From Dipteris shenzhenensis (Eukaryota): a DNA stretch of 64,000 nt. Below the pieces are notes generated by a model. The model had not been told where the DNA came from. It made no database searches and saw only the letters and a program-made list of their open reading frames with translations. How positions within the stretch are numbered: the stretch's first letter is position 1; each line of letters starts with the position of its first letter. Of the stretch, positions 42,301-57,000 are shown piece after piece. Position numbers and translations under genes: made by a program. The stretch is taken from the NCBI GenBank assembly GCA_047967505.1, contig CM106538.1. One strand, given 5' to 3'.

Positions 42301-45001
42301 CATGAGACCCCTCACCATAGTCACCCTCACTAAGAACATTGCCCTCCTCATCATACTCCGGCTCTCTAGCCACTGGGGTGTCCTCAGCAACGGATGTGGT
42401 TGATATGCTCCCGGAGCCGCGCCTCACTTAGGTTTGGGGAGTCGATGGCACAGATGTCCTGATACGGGGTGTGGATGCTCTGCTACCACGAGTGCCACCA
42501 ACTGGAATGGTGACCCTTCTCCCAATGCGAGTGCGTGACACTCGTCGATCTATCTCCTCCAGCTCCAAGTGGAGGTCCCTGCAAATGTGGTCCTGCTCTA
42601 GATCGCGCTCTCTGGTAACACTTTTAAGCTTATCTGACGATAGCTTGCACTCATCCACATTTACCTGAAAATTTGACATGTGGACTGTAGTTAGAACTTC
42701 CTAGTATGGAGAGCAAATATGAGTTTACAATATAGGAAGTTGAAAAGTCTACCTGTCTAGCCATAGGCATCTCATGCATATTGCGCAACATATGTAAGTT
42801 AGAGTGACAATAAATAAGCCGCTCCAATTGTTTTGTGCTAAGCTTGTTCTATATCTTTGTGTGAATGAGAGAGTAGGTAGACCAATTCCTCTCACACGCA
42901 CCAGAGGAGCAATCCTAATGTACATCAAGATTCAAACATTAATGTGAAGTAAACGATTTCAAGATTGAAGAGCCTAGAGGTATGAATTGAAATATTAGAG
43001 TATAGTGTAATCTGTTCTAGCTTTAGATATCTAATTACCTGTGCAAGAACCCTCATAGCTACTTTTTGTAGATGGGGCAATTGGTACCCAAAAGACTCCC
43101 ACCAAAAAAGAGGTTTGACCAAGGAGTCTCTCTTCCAACACACAGTGGAAGCAAATGCGATTCCCCTTTGGTCATTGTAGTTAATAAGTTTCTTGAAGAA
43201 ATGCGCCATGCTTGTCCTCATGCAAGGCTTTAGAAAGATATGCATCTCTATTAGAGGCCAACTCCAAGTCCATAAAGAGAGAGGGGGCCTTGAAAGCGGG
43301 ATGCATGAGGGCAGCGATAAGTTAGAGTCTAGACTCAAGAGATTATTAATTAACATTCAAAATCAAAGAAACAAGATTCGATATTAGGATTGTAGGTTTA
43401 TAAGCTACCATGACGGACTAATATCCGTATCTAGAACGGTGGAGGTGCTAATCTCTGCAATGGCTTTTTTCATGAAGTGACGGAGAAGCCCCAAAGTAGC
43501 CCCTCCATGTCCGACATGCGTAATACCTTGTACAAGGGTGTAATGGCAATGACAATGGCCGTCATCCCTTGCCAAAAAGACTCTCTTAAGCAAAGCCGTT
43601 GAATGTCTTTGGCATCTTGTTGGGTTGCATTCGACTCTCCTTCAAGCCATTCTTTATATTCATCGGACATGACCGTCTTTTGGAGCTTGTTTTGAACATC
43701 ATAGAGCCGCTCAAGAAGTAGCCACATAGCAGCAAATCGTGTCTTTGATGGCTTCTTGAGCTCCAAGTCAGAGTAGATACGAAAGATGGCAAGAAGCTTG
43801 TTTTTGGAGTTGATGAAGCTCACAATGGAGCAAGCGTCACTCACAATGGTTTTCACCCATGGCAATTTACCAATGTCCTCCATGAGAAGGTCAAGGCAAT
43901 GACTAGCACATGGAGTCCACACTATTGAGGGAAACTCCCCTTCAAGCATGCGACCCATGGACCTACAATTGGAGGCATTGTCCGTTACGATTTGCACCAC
44001 ATTTGGGGGACCGACGTACATGACAAGTTTCAGCTTGTAAGATTCAAGAAGAAGAAGCAGATTTGCTTATGGAGATAAAAAAATATAAAGAAGCTAGCTG
44101 CTACATGACTCTCGAGTCTCAACTTACCTCAAGTATAGCATCCCGAATGTGACGATAGATAAAGGAGGCGGTGGTTTTTCTTCCCTTCTCTCCCGCATCC
44201 ATAGCCCGCAAGAAGTATGTGCCAAGAGGGCAAGAGACTAGAATGTTGATGATGCCTCTCTTTCTATCACACCATCCGTCGGAGAGAATGGAGCATCCAT
44301 ACTTAGCCCACCCGGCACACACGGGCTTGAGAGACTTGTTGATTCTCTCCCTCTCTTCATCTAGCTTCTTGGTACGCATGTCGTTGTAGCTAACTCCATC
44401 CCACCCTTCACATGGACCACCAACCGAGGCTATGGCTTTCACCATTCTTGGCCACCGGTCACATCGAAGCACATGGAAAGAGAGATTGCACTCAATGATG
44501 GTGCGGGCAATCTCTATTTCAGCTTGTCTTTGCCGCTCCTTCAAGAATGACAATGGACCGGAGAGGCTACCCGTGGCTTGGGCAAGAGTAGCTTGCCTCC
44601 TTCTTGGTGCATCACTTGTCTTCGTTCTTTTTGATGTCGTATTGGAGGACATAGTAGCCCCAACGGAGGCAACAGAGACGGATTGAGAGGCCTCATCCTC
44701 CGATTCGGATGAGGATTCATCCGGGCACACCATCTCCTCTCGTGCCATAGAGGCCTTCTTCCTTTGCTTCACGAGTAAGTACTTTTGACAACAATTTTGA
44801 AAAATGTCATTGGGAATCCCCGTGCATGGTCCGCATTGCCCACCCAACTTACACAAATGGATAAGAAGGTGGGTCACACTACTAGTTTGGGCCTTGCGGC
44901 AATACTTGCAACTCCACTTGCAAACATTGGACTTCTCTTTCACTCTCTTAAAGTAAGCACAATGCAAGGAAAAGGCCTCATGAATAGTTGGAGGCATTGC
45001 T

Positions 45002-45046
<45 letters not shown>

Positions 45047-48000
45047 GGAGGGAGAAGGACGAAGAGGCTTGAATCTTGATGCTTGGAGAAAGGGAGAGAG
45101 ATGGAGATGGAGATGGAGAAGGAGAGAGATGGAGATGGAGAGAAGCTTGATGGAGAGGGAGGAAGATGGAGATGGAGAGGGAGCTTGATGGAGAGGCCCA
45201 AGGGAGATGGAGAGGAGCTTGATGGAGAGGGAGAGAGAGACAGATGGAGAGGCACAAGGGAGATGGAGAGAAGCTTGATGGAGAGGGAGAGGGAGATGGA
45301 GATGGAGGGGGAGCTTCATGGAGAGGGAGAAAGAAAGAAATAAAGAAAAGAAAGAAATTTTATTAGTCTTTGGAAGACCGATGGGTCTATGAGATTGAAA
45401 GAAACCTTGATACAAATCACAGTGAGGGTGGAGCTACTGAAACGAGCATCATCACCCGTGCTGAATCCTAAGTCTGATCATACATAATCAAATACATCTG
45501 GATGTAACAATGAAAAGAAAAGGACTGGAGCGGAGTGGAATCCTCCGTACGTCATGTCCCCCTGGTTGGTGCATAGCCGGTGATGGGACGCTGGTGCCTG
45601 TCAAGGGGTGCCATGCATCTCGGTCTCCTGGACGAGGCTCGATGCAAGACCAGAGCCACCGTGACTCTCGTGGGACGTATCTCGGGTCTAAACAATGACG
45701 GGAGGTCTCCCAAAGTGATCTGTGTGTCCCCTCGATGTCTTGTGTGTCGTGCTACGATCGTTAGGTTGGGGTCTCTGTCACGTCGGCGGCTAGAGACTGG
45801 ACGATCAATGTCACTCGATGGGAAGAACTCTGTGATCCTGCTCTGAGAGGTGTCTGATGATGTGGTGAAGCCCCGTTGCCTGAGTAAGTACTCTCTATGT
45901 CGGACTCCCTCGTGAATGAAGGCTGCGAGGCATCTTTGGTCTGGGTAGGCGAGGAATTTGAAAAGGAGCCCGGAGCCGTCTCTGAAGAGGCAGTGGTAGC
46001 GACCTCGGATCTCGTAGTACACTGGGCACCTGAAAATAAAATGCTCCTCCGATTCCACCTCTTGACAGTCGCACAATATGCATAAGCGATGCTCCCTAGG
46101 AATCCCCTTTGCTCTGTTGCTCTCTATGCGGAGGCGGTGTGATGATACCCGAAATTGTCCGATGGAGATCCGTAGTGAGTGAGGCATATGAAGCTCAGTG
46201 TACCCCGGTGGTGTGATGAATCCCTCCTCCGAAATGCGAAGACAGTAATCTCTGTAGAAACTCAGCTTCACTGGAAGCCCCCTCGGCTCCAACCAGGTCC
46301 TAAAGGTGTGTAGCTGCAGGAGATCCTCTCGAATGACCTGGTTGGTATGTGGCCCAATCGGGATGGTGGGTGGGAGTACCGGAGGGGCATCTAAACTGTA
46401 CTGAAAAGGAGGTATCCTATCGATGTGGAACCCTAGTCTCACAAACTATCTGTGAGTCCGTGCATACCAGCATCGCTCGTCTCTCTCTGCTGCCAACCTC
46501 ATGGAGGAATCGAGAGCCAACCATGGCAACCTCTGTCTCCCTGATTTGCAGTCCCCATATGATCTAACCCGGTGTAGATATGTGATGGTTTGAAAGGCTG
46601 CATCTAGCTGGAGTGGAGAAGCACCAAACTCGGCCTGAATGATGTGATGTGGTACAGACGGTTTCCCCCGGATCATCCGTGAGAGCATGAGGATCTGCAA
46701 GCGCTCCACCCGTGCCCACTTTATCTCTGACATGTCAGGCCCCCAAAATGGACTGCCATACATACCGGTTGGTCAGACCAAGGAGTCGAAGAGAAGAGCC
46801 TTGGTCCAAGGGTCCTGGAAGTGGGAGTGAAAGCACTATCTCTCTAGCCGAGCCAGTGAGGCGTATCCCCTGCTCAGTCTGGCCTGTATCGCTGGTCTCA
46901 TCGTGAAGATCAGGCCGGAGAAGATGACGCCCAAGTAAGTGTATGAGGATATGATCTCAACTGGTGACCCACCCAAAGTAAAAGTAAACTGCTTCCGTTG
47001 CATGTTTGCTCGAGAGGTGTTAAAGATCATGACCTTGGTCTTGCCAAGATTGACCTCCAAATCATGGGATAAACAAAAAGCCTACAGTGCATCCAGGTGT
47101 CGCTGGAGCCCCTCGGGTGTGGATGATCCCGGCAAGTGAGCAACCGGTCTCTCGGAACGTCCCCATGAAAGTCTCAAGCTCATCGATGTAGGGCCAAACA
47201 GGGTCGGTGATAATGGACAACCCTGTTTGACCCCTATGGTACTCAGGATCTCATCTGTCCAACCTGGGCCTGTACGAACTCGGCCTGAGACTCTCATACA
47301 GTGCCATGACTGCCCAGATGATCTCCTGATCAAATCCCAGTGTCTGTAGGCGTGTGATAAGACGAGCTCGAGGTACTGTGTCAAAGGCTTTGCGGAAATC
47401 CACAAAGCAACAGTATACCCTCTCCTTCCGTGATCTGGCCTCCTCAATGACACTCCGAGTGTGAGTATGTGATCCATAGTCCCATGGTCTCGCCTGAAAC
47501 CGGCCTGACCCTCTGCTCTGAGCCCTCTCATCTCTGCGAACAGGTTGACTGATGCATCCAATACAGCTACATAGACCTTGGACATCACATGTCCAATCAT
47601 GATAGTCCTGTAGTTACTCGGGTCCATGGGATCCCCTACCTTGTGGATGGGGGTGATGGTGTTGAGTGTCCAAGTGCGGGGGAAGCCAAGGCAAACAACA
47701 TCATTGAATAGCTTTGCTAGGATCGGGGCTAACGTGTCGATCTCATATGCGATAAACTCAGTGCATAGCCCCTCGTGATCCTTAGCTCGGCCATTGTGTA
47801 GTTTCAATGTCGCGTCCTTGACTCCCCCTCTGGTGAACAACGTGCAAGTGGTGGGACGAGGTGTGTGTATGAGGTCTAGAGTGGGCTGGTATGGGACATC
47901 ATATAGATGGTGTGCATACATGTGCTAGACTCTCGTGTCGGTGAGGGGTGATGGGGACCTACGCTCAAGGAATCTCCACCAAAAATCCTTAGAGTTGTTG

Positions 48001-51000
48001 CTGTATAAGATGTGCAACAGCTCCTCCCGTTTTGACGAAGAAAAGCCTGCTTCTTCTGACGTACGAGACGTCGGTACTTGCGTACCATGTCTGGTGTGTT
48101 CGGGAGGTGACATCTGGTTTCAAGTCGGAGTTGTTGGCGATAAGCCTTGCACTCCGCATCGTACCAATTGTTGCAGGGTACAGAACCAAGAGGTGGTGGT
48201 CTAGTGGACCGTGTGATGGGAAAGATTTGGAGGGCAGCCTCGTGGAGCGTACGACTAATCAGGGCAGCACGGTCCTCTATGAGTGGTATGTGATCGATGT
48301 AGGTTAGGAGTCTGTTTAGGCGTCCAAAGTAGGCCGGTGAGAGGCTGTGATCAAAGTGTATGTCGTGGTAGGTGTCGTGCTTATGTCAAACGTAGGCAAC
48401 CCTGTCCAAGATATATGCTTCAATACTAGATATGGAGGTCAGTTTCGCTATGCGGAGATGCAAGGACTCAAAGTAGATGGACGGGCAGACATTCGATGTG
48501 ACCATGGGACCATGGACCATATACTGACACTTAGGGGTGTCATAGAGGAGGCCAGGGCATGGAGACAGAGGGTCTATTGCTGCTTTGTGGACTTCTGCAA
48601 AGCCTTCGACACAGTACCTCGAGCTCGTCTCATCAAGTGGTTACAGGAGCTGGGCTATGGGCCGGAGATAGTTTGGGTTGTTATGGCACTCTATGAGAGG
48701 GTTTTCTGCAGAGTTCGGGCAAGGGGTGGGTGGAGAGAGTAGATCATGAGCACCATTGGGATCAAACAGGGTTGTCCACTCTCACCGACCTTGTTTGGCC
48801 TCTACATAGACGAGCTTGAGTCTTTTATGAGGACCCTAGGAGGAGCTCGTTGTTCTCTCGCTGGCTACTTGCTCGAGATTCTTTTGTATGCCAATGATGT
48901 GGTACTCTTATCCTCGTCCGCTGAGGGGCTCGAGAGACATCTAGATGCACTATTGGCTTTTTGCGAGTCCCATGACTTGGAGGTCAACCTGGGTGAAACC
49001 AAGGTTATGATCTTCAACACCCAGAGCAGTTGCACACAGAGAGCAGTTTACGTTTGACGGGGCACCAGTTTCATCATACACCTACCTGGGAGTTTTGTTC
49101 TCTGAACCTATCTTCACGATGAGATCGGCGATGCATGCCTGCTTGAGTAGAGTTTACGCCTTCTTGGCCCGACTACAGAGACAGTGCTTCCACTCGCATT
49201 TTCATGACCTGCAGACCAAGGTTCTCCTTTTCGACTCCTTGGTCCGAGACCTGTGGACATGTATGGTAGCACTTGTTTGGGACTAGACCTTTCCGACACA
49301 GAGTGGACTTGAGTGGGGAGATTACAGGTTCTCTTGCTATCATGGATGATAGGCAGCAAGCCATCTGTTTCTCATCAGATCATTCAGGCTGAGTTCGGGG
49401 CATCCCCACTAAAGTTGGATGCGGCATTCTAGACTGTCACTTACCTCTACCGTGTGCGTGCTTACGGCTCTTGCACCACTGGGCGATGCAGGCTACCTTG
49501 GTTGGCATTAGTGTCTTCTATGACATTGGTACGCGCACACATGCGGATGGTTCGAGAGATTGGGCTTCCATATAGACATGTTGCCACCCTTCCAGTACAA
49601 CATTGATGCTCCGTTTGTCCCATTTTGGTGCAACGAGTTCAACTCTATCATCCTGGAGGATCTCCTACTGCTACACACATTTAGGACCTGGATAGCACAG
49701 ACAGAGCTTCCTGTGAGCTCAATTCTATCGGGACCACTGTCTACACATGTCCAAGGAGGGTCCCACGAGGGTACACCCAGATCCACCTACCGCATTCACT
49801 CAGGATTGCCATTGGATAATTTTGTGTCATCGCACCGACTCCGTATCGAGAGCGGACGAGCAGAGAGGAATACCCAAAGAGAGTCGTATCTGCACATTAT
49901 GTGAGCGCTATGAGGTGGAGTCAGAGGAGCACTTTATCTTCCGTTGCCCAGTCTACGATGAGATTCGTGGATGATACCACTGCCTTTTCAGAGACGGATT
50001 CGAGGGTCTCTCCAGACTCCTCTCGCTCCCAGATCAGAGATGCGCGGCAGCTTTCATCCACAAGGTGGTCCGATATGGAGAGCGTCTCATCAGATCGCGG
50101 AGACAGGGGAGGGGGCCTTGCTTGGCCCGTCCCAGAGTATGATCACAGAATTCTTCCAAGCAGCGCAGGTTGCCCCCCAACTACAGATAGTAGGAGAGGC
50201 AGAGATGGTGAGATTGAGATGCGGCGCACTTGACAGAGGACAGACACAGATCACACTCACCGACATTTCTTCTATTTTCAGACTTGGGGTGACCCTTACT
50301 TTAGAAATTTTTACATTTGACATTTTTGTAACCGGCCTTTAGTTTCCTAAAGGGCAGTAGACCATAACTTGCATTGCATATTCGTTATTCACAGCGACAT
50401 TGCATCATTTCCAACCACTTAACTTTAAACAATACCACTTAGAAACAACTTGAGAAATAACTGGATGGAGGCTAGTGTGACCTTGCTCAATGAAACCAAG
50501 TACAAGACACCACACTGGCCCCAAACACTTGGCGCCCCTTCTAGTATTTATTTATTTCTTTAGGAATGAAATTGGGACATACAACAAGGGCTCACCCTTG
50601 TGCTCTGCCCCACGGGCTATTCCAGTGTCCAAGCCAAACCTTGGCTATAACCTGCATTCCATCCTAGTGCACACACTTAGTACCCAAGTGCCAAGGCAAA
50701 GCTAAGGCATTCATCATTTGTCCATGACCAATTGTAAAGGTATCCAAGCATTTCACAAAGACTGTAACCAAGTGTTACTGACAAGGCATCCAGACACTTC
50801 CCGATATGCTCAAGCAGCCTCAAGGATTCCAAATGCAATACACTGCCCCTCTAGCACTCTCCTAGGCACACCCTTTGTAACTGATTGTCTGCTTAAGCTT
50901 GTAAGGTCCAGAGGAAGCTCCAAACAACAAATGGAGCAACAACAAGCTTCCAAAAACCACCAAATGCAATCACATGAAAGGGATAGCGACAAGAGAACTC

Positions 51001-54000
51001 AAACCAGCTTCAACTGTCTTCGATCTAGCTCTGAAACACCTCCAGAAGCAACACATCCAGTGTTGAGGCCAGCAGGAGGAACAGGCAGCTAGGAGAAGGG
51101 AAGGAAGAGAGAGATAACGGGCTGGAATCAGAGGGAGAGAAAGAGCAGGAGGATCACGGGCAGAAGAGAGAAGGTGAGCAGCTAGCAAAGAGCGTTGGGC
51201 AGTCTAAATGGGCCGTACAAACAGCCAAAACAGCCTTGGGCTGTGTGAAAACAGTCCGTACAGCAATAACCACACCTTGGGATGCGTGCTAGCTGATCCG
51301 TACAGCAGGCCCGTTCCATACAGCAGCGATGAATGCTCCATACTGTGCCCTCGGTAGTCCCCCTGTGTCCTTCTATCTTTTTTGTTTCTTGTGTGAGCCT
51401 TACCCAATTTAGATTAAGGGGATGTCATAGTAGCTAGTCCCTGCTATGCGTGATGGAGTTTATGGTTTTCAATCTTATGAGTGACTATCGTGAGATTGAA
51501 ACTGCACTATGTTGTGTTTTTAGAGGATGAGTTTGGGAATGTTCCTGGATTCATCTAGGTATATGCTTCTGCCGTATTAGCGGACATGCAAATTTCACCT
51601 TGTGAAGTTTTCGTCCAAGTTGTGGCCTGTTGGTATTGCGATAATTCTTTCTATCTTAAATGGTGTGTTGCCCTATCAGCTAGATTTAGATTTAGATGCT
51701 CGTTTGGGATAGACGAAAATGAATTCGTTTAGACTTCACAAGTTGTTGTAGCTTGAATGAAGAGATTTGGACTACTTTTTGATTAGCCTTCTCCTTTAGT
51801 GCTAGCCTTTCTCATGGCTGAGTTTGCCCTTCACCTCCGGAGTGCCGACAAAAACGCAGTACGAAAACTTTGTATAAATGGATGCTCAAGTATGTGTGGG
51901 TGTGTGGATTTGTATGTGTGAGAGCATACTTTTATACTATGGTCTACACCCACTGTTGGGCGCTGATGACATCAGTGGGGATGTCATAGTAGCTAGTCCC
52001 TGCTATGCGTGATGGAGTTTATGGTTTTCAATCTTATGAGTGACTATCGTGAGATTGAAACTGCACTATGTTGTGTTTTTAGGGGATGAGTTTGGGAATG
52101 TTCCTGGATTCATCTAGGTATATGAATGCTCCATACAATCAGCCTTGGGGTGCGTACCTCTTCCGTACAGCCATCAATTAATGCAATTCAGCCACCTTGG
52201 CTCACGTGCCAATCAAAAGTTCTGTTCGTACAGCAGGCTAGCAATCCGTACAGCAGCGTTGAAAGCACTGTACAGCAGGTACGGACACCTTAAATGCAGT
52301 TCTTGCAGTCTATACAGCCGTACGGACTGCCTCGAGATGCGTGCAGGCCAAAAATGCAAGGAGTCAAGGCTTCCTGGGACTTTGTCCGGCGTGCCCCCTT
52401 CACCTTGGGATGCGTGAAAGAAGAGAGAGAAAACCAATGTCCAAAATCTGGCTTTTTTCCTTGAAAGGAGAGGAAGAGGGTAGGTGTGCATGAGGGGCTG
52501 CCACATGGCCCCCTCATTAATGCTCTAACCCTTGCAAACCAATGAAACATTGGTTTGCCCCTCACATTAAAATCCTAACCCCTTCTAACCAATGAAACAT
52601 TGGTTTCCTTGGGCCTAACTTTAAGACCCCTCTAAACCTTGTCTTGCCCCTAGCAAGTAGGCCTAGTGTGTGCACCTAGGGACTTTTGGGAAGTGTCGCT
52701 TCCCTTGGGCTAGTCCCTAAGCCAAAGTTAATCGCAGTTCATAACTTCATGCCCCCGTGACATTTCTCCCCCCCTTTTTTTTTTTTTTGAAAAAACAGTG
52801 CTAATTATATTACTTCGAGAACAAGATACAAGAGGTCAGCTTATAGCTGACGGGTTGCGTTCACAAACCGGACGCAGCCCAAAAGGTAGCATAATAGATC
52901 ATACTCTCACGGAGGGATATGCTGAGTGTGAATGAACAGCCATCGGGGTGGTGAGTAGTGCCACCGAAGGCCCTGCGTAGTCTGCTCGAAGAAGAGGCTC
53001 TGTGTGTCCCAAGCCTGGAGGAAGCGTCTCCGCTTCTCCTGACCGGCCCGGGAGTCTCCCTGAATCTGGTCCCACTGGCCTCTGAGGGTATGAATAATCT
53101 CACTCCAAATCTCCGCCATGATCTGGGCAGTCGATAAGGAGGTGCCACCGAGGATCTGCGCGCAGCGCGAGGTCCAGATGTGCCATCCTGTAATGCTGCT
53201 GATAATCTCCCAGACTGGCTGCCTCTCCCGAACTCCTGTATCAGCCTCTGCTAGGTGCTGTGGGATACCCTCGAGCGGCCCCCACGTCCCCTGTGTGATA
53301 AGGAAAGTGGGGTCCTGCTGGCATGCCTCGAACAAGTGATGAAGACCAGGTGCGGTGCTGCACCAACAGAACGCGCCCCAAGTGATCACTCCTAGCTCTG
53401 GTGCTGCATGAGCAAGAAGCCCGAAAGCCACCTCCACACTTCCTGGGCGCGCGTGCAGCTCCACAGGCAGTGTTTTGGTGACTCCTCATCCGCATGGCAA
53501 ATCTGACAGCAACCGTCCTGGCCTATCTGCCTCAACCAGCTCCCCACTGGAAGACCTTTGTGGGTAAGGAGCCACAGGAAGTATGAGATCTTCCGCGGCC
53601 GCCAGCTCTCCCACAAGGCCTTCCAGAATGCCTGCAAAAAGAACCTGGAAATACCCTGTGCGTACCAGCTAGGACGCTGGGTGGGGGGGCGGCTCTGCAT
53701 CCTCCCGAGAACTCGCCTGCCCAGAGTCGTGCTGTAAGTGAAGAAGGAAGTCGGCCCCTGTCCTGTCACAATCTCTGGCCACCACCACTCTCCTGGGTCC
53801 CACTCAAGTTCTGACAAGGCCCGCCCCTCCCAAAGCCAAAGACGCCAAAGCTGCAACTGGTCCTGCTCGATACTAGGGTCGGTATGCCAGACCTTCCCCA
53901 GAAGGCCTACGACCCTAACCCTCTGCCACGGGAGTAGGGGGTCGATGAGCGCATCCTCTCTCCTGAGTCGTCCATCCCCTGAAACCGCGAAGAAGGCGAT

Positions 54001-57000
54001 AGAGGAGTCATCCAAACGTCCTGCGACCACCAGTGGGATGCCACGGGGGGTGAACTGTCCCAGCCAGTGGGTGTCTCCAGGCATGAGGACCTGAGGCTCA
54101 GGTGGAGCCAACCAAGCGGCTGGGATCGCACCGTCGATCTCCGTGCGTCTCGCCTGGACTCCGCGTGCACCTCCAGCTGCGTCTGCAAGATCGGCCATCT
54201 CCAGATGTCTGTACGTATCCCTCCAAACTCGAAGGGACCGGGCTGGCCCCCTCATCCAGCCGTCCCACCTGATATGTGATCTCTCCCCCAACTGAAGGCC
54301 CTCGGCGTCTCTGACCTGCCCATTCCAGACGAGCGGCTGGCGATCGATCTCCTCCTGACAGCTGGGCTGGGACTGAATGAGACTGAGACGGAGCCGCCTC
54401 CAAACCATGAGGAGGCTACGAACGAGTGGGGAGCGGGGCTGAGTGAGCGGGGCGGAAGTGAAGATCCACCTGAAGGACGGTAGCCACTCTCCACCTCGGC
54501 GTGGGACACAAGAGCCGACTCCCTGCTGAAGTAACATCTTCCACGTCTGCCCCCCTGGGGTCAAACCGCGGATGATAAGCTTGCCTAACAAGGCCTGACT
54601 CTGAAGCTCTGGATCAATGACCCCCAGACCACCCTCAGCCTGCGGAAGAATGACTGTCTGCCAAGCAACCCTGGCTCTGGTATCTCTATGCCCATCCTCC
54701 CCAGACCAAAGAAAGTTCCGAACCAACCTCCTGAGCTGTGCCACGCTGGATCTCGAGAAGCACCAACAGGAAGCCACATACCAAGCCGTGGCTAGAAGGA
54801 CCTGGTTAACTACCAAAGCACGACCTGCAAGGGAAAGCTTAGCAGTGCTCCAGAAAGCCAGCTTCCGTCGGATGGAATCTAGCACCGGGAGAAACTGCTG
54901 AGCTGGCGTAATGTCTAGGCCAACCTGGAAGCCAAGGTATCTAGCTGTCTGTCCACGTGGAATCCATCTGAAGCCCAGAAATCGCCCCCACTGAGAACAC
55001 GCCCCCGGGTCTGTGAGAAAACCAACTGATTTGTTCCAGTTGATTTTCGCACCAGCGGCCGAGCAGAAAACCTCCAGGGCCATCCGCACCCTCTCTAGCA
55101 TCCTCTCATCGTCCTGGACATAAAGGGCTGTATCATCTGCGTACTCTGAGTCCAGAAGCGCCGTGTCCTCCCGGAGTGGAAGGCGAACACCCCTGAGCCC
55201 TGTGGACCTCGCCCGAAGGTAGTAAGTCATGGCCTCGGCGAAGAAGAGAAACAGATAAGGAGCCAGGGGACAGCCCTGACGTACTGATCTCTCCAAGCTG
55301 AATCGCTCACCCATCCTGCCTCCAATGATGACTCTGCTGGACGCTGTCCTGTACAAAGCTGAGATACCCTGAATCCAGCCTGCCGGGAAACCTAGCCGCT
55401 CCAGAGTCCCCTCCAAAAAGGACCAATCCACGCGATCGTAGGCCTTCTCGAAGTCGAGAAGTAAAATGGCAAGGTGTGATCCGCTGTACTGAGCCCACTC
55501 CGCCGCCTCTGAAAAGGTGAAGACATTATCCAGGATACTGCGATCCTGGACAAAGCCTGTCTGAGTGTCATGGACGAGGTCTGGAAGTAGAGGTCGAACT
55601 CTGGCACTGATCATCTTGGCGAGGATTTTGTAGGCAGTGGTAAGGAGAGTGATCGGACGCCACTGGCGGATCTCCTGTCTATCTCCTCCCTTCGGGATGA
55701 GGCAAATCAGTCCCGAGGAAAGGCTCTCTGGCATCTGACCGCTGCTGAAAATCCCCTGCAGAGCTGCAAGGAGGGGCTGATGGATCTGGTCCCAGAAGGA
55801 GGTGAAGAAAGCTCGGGATAGCCCATCCTCACCTGGGCATTTCTGCCCATCAATGGCCATCAAGGCCTCCAACATCTCATCCGAGGTGAACGGCGCCAAC
55901 AACGTCGCCTGCATGCTAGGCTGGACAAGGGATGGAATGTGCCTCCACACCTCCTCACGGTCACGACTAGCACGAGGGGCAAGTGGCTCCTGCTGGAAGA
56001 GGGTCCTGTAGAAGTCAGTGGCCAACCCCAGGACCTCCCCCGGGTCCGTAACAATGTGACCATCCGCTGTCCTGAGACTCCGTAGCTGATCCCCTGCAGC
56101 TCTCTGGCCGTGTGTCCTGAAGAACTCCCTGCACATCCGGTCACCCTTCCGGGCCCAGAAGGAGAGAGAGGCGTGATAGGAGAACTCGGAGCGACGCTGG
56201 AGGGTCTCCTCCAAGAGGGCTCTGGCTCGAAGGGCCTGGATCCGAAGCTCCTCCGAGCTCGGGGAAGACTGCTGAAGTCGCTGAATGGAGGCGAGGTCCC
56301 TCCGAAGAGCTCTCTCTCTGCCCCACCAATCCTGTCGAACCTGTAGGGCTGCGAGCTGGCAGATCTGGCTGGACTCCTGCAGAGCCTGCGCGACCGAGTC
56401 TACCAGATCCACGCCCTCCCCCCAGTCTCTGTCCCAAAGACTGCAAATGCTGCTACGGACGTCCACCCTCGAGAAGATGGAATCGGGAATCCTGCATGAT
56501 CGGGGGGGGAGAGTCTGGGCTGCCGAATCTAATGAAAGGAGCACAGGCGCATGGTCGGAGAGTGTCGTCCCTGGAACAATGCCCGCCTGGCCACCTCTGC
56601 TGATGGCCCAATCACTGACATAAAACCTATCAAGCCGCTCCAGGAGTCTGCCTCCTTCCCTGCGGAAGCCCCAAGAGAAGTCCAGGCTCCCGTGCCAACG
56701 CCGGAAGGACGGGTCTCTCCAACTGTCCCTCCCTCCTGTCGCGAAGATGAAAGAGTCCCAAGCTGACTGCTCTGTCTGAGCCATACCTGTGAACTCCGGA
56801 TCTCTACCCTGCTGGTCCTCCAAGGTCTCCAGGTTGTTGAAGTCTCCTCCAACAATCCAGGAATCCATGTCTGGAAGAATCCCTGTAAGTGTCCTCCAGA
56901 AGGTGGCTCTGCAACGGAGGTCTGTGGGAGCATAAATGTTGAGGATTCCTATCTTGGATCCCTCCAAATTCAGGCCTACCCAAAGGGCTCGGCCTGGGAT

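Larger units (their letters stand above)
41861..48404 (-). mobile_element. Second hAT transposon (defective), containing an RTE insertion
   Basis: 8-bp TSD TCCAAGAT at 41853-41860 and 48405-48412; termini CATGGTTGAC and GGCAACCCTG. Confidence 0.85.
41630..50370 (+). mobile_element. RTE/RTEX-like LINE, degenerate, split by a hAT insertion (segments 41630-41860 and 48413-50370)
   Basis: [21 protein letters not shown] continues across the insertion; [35 protein letters not shown]-terminal C..C....[13 protein letters not shown]. Confidence 0.85.
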
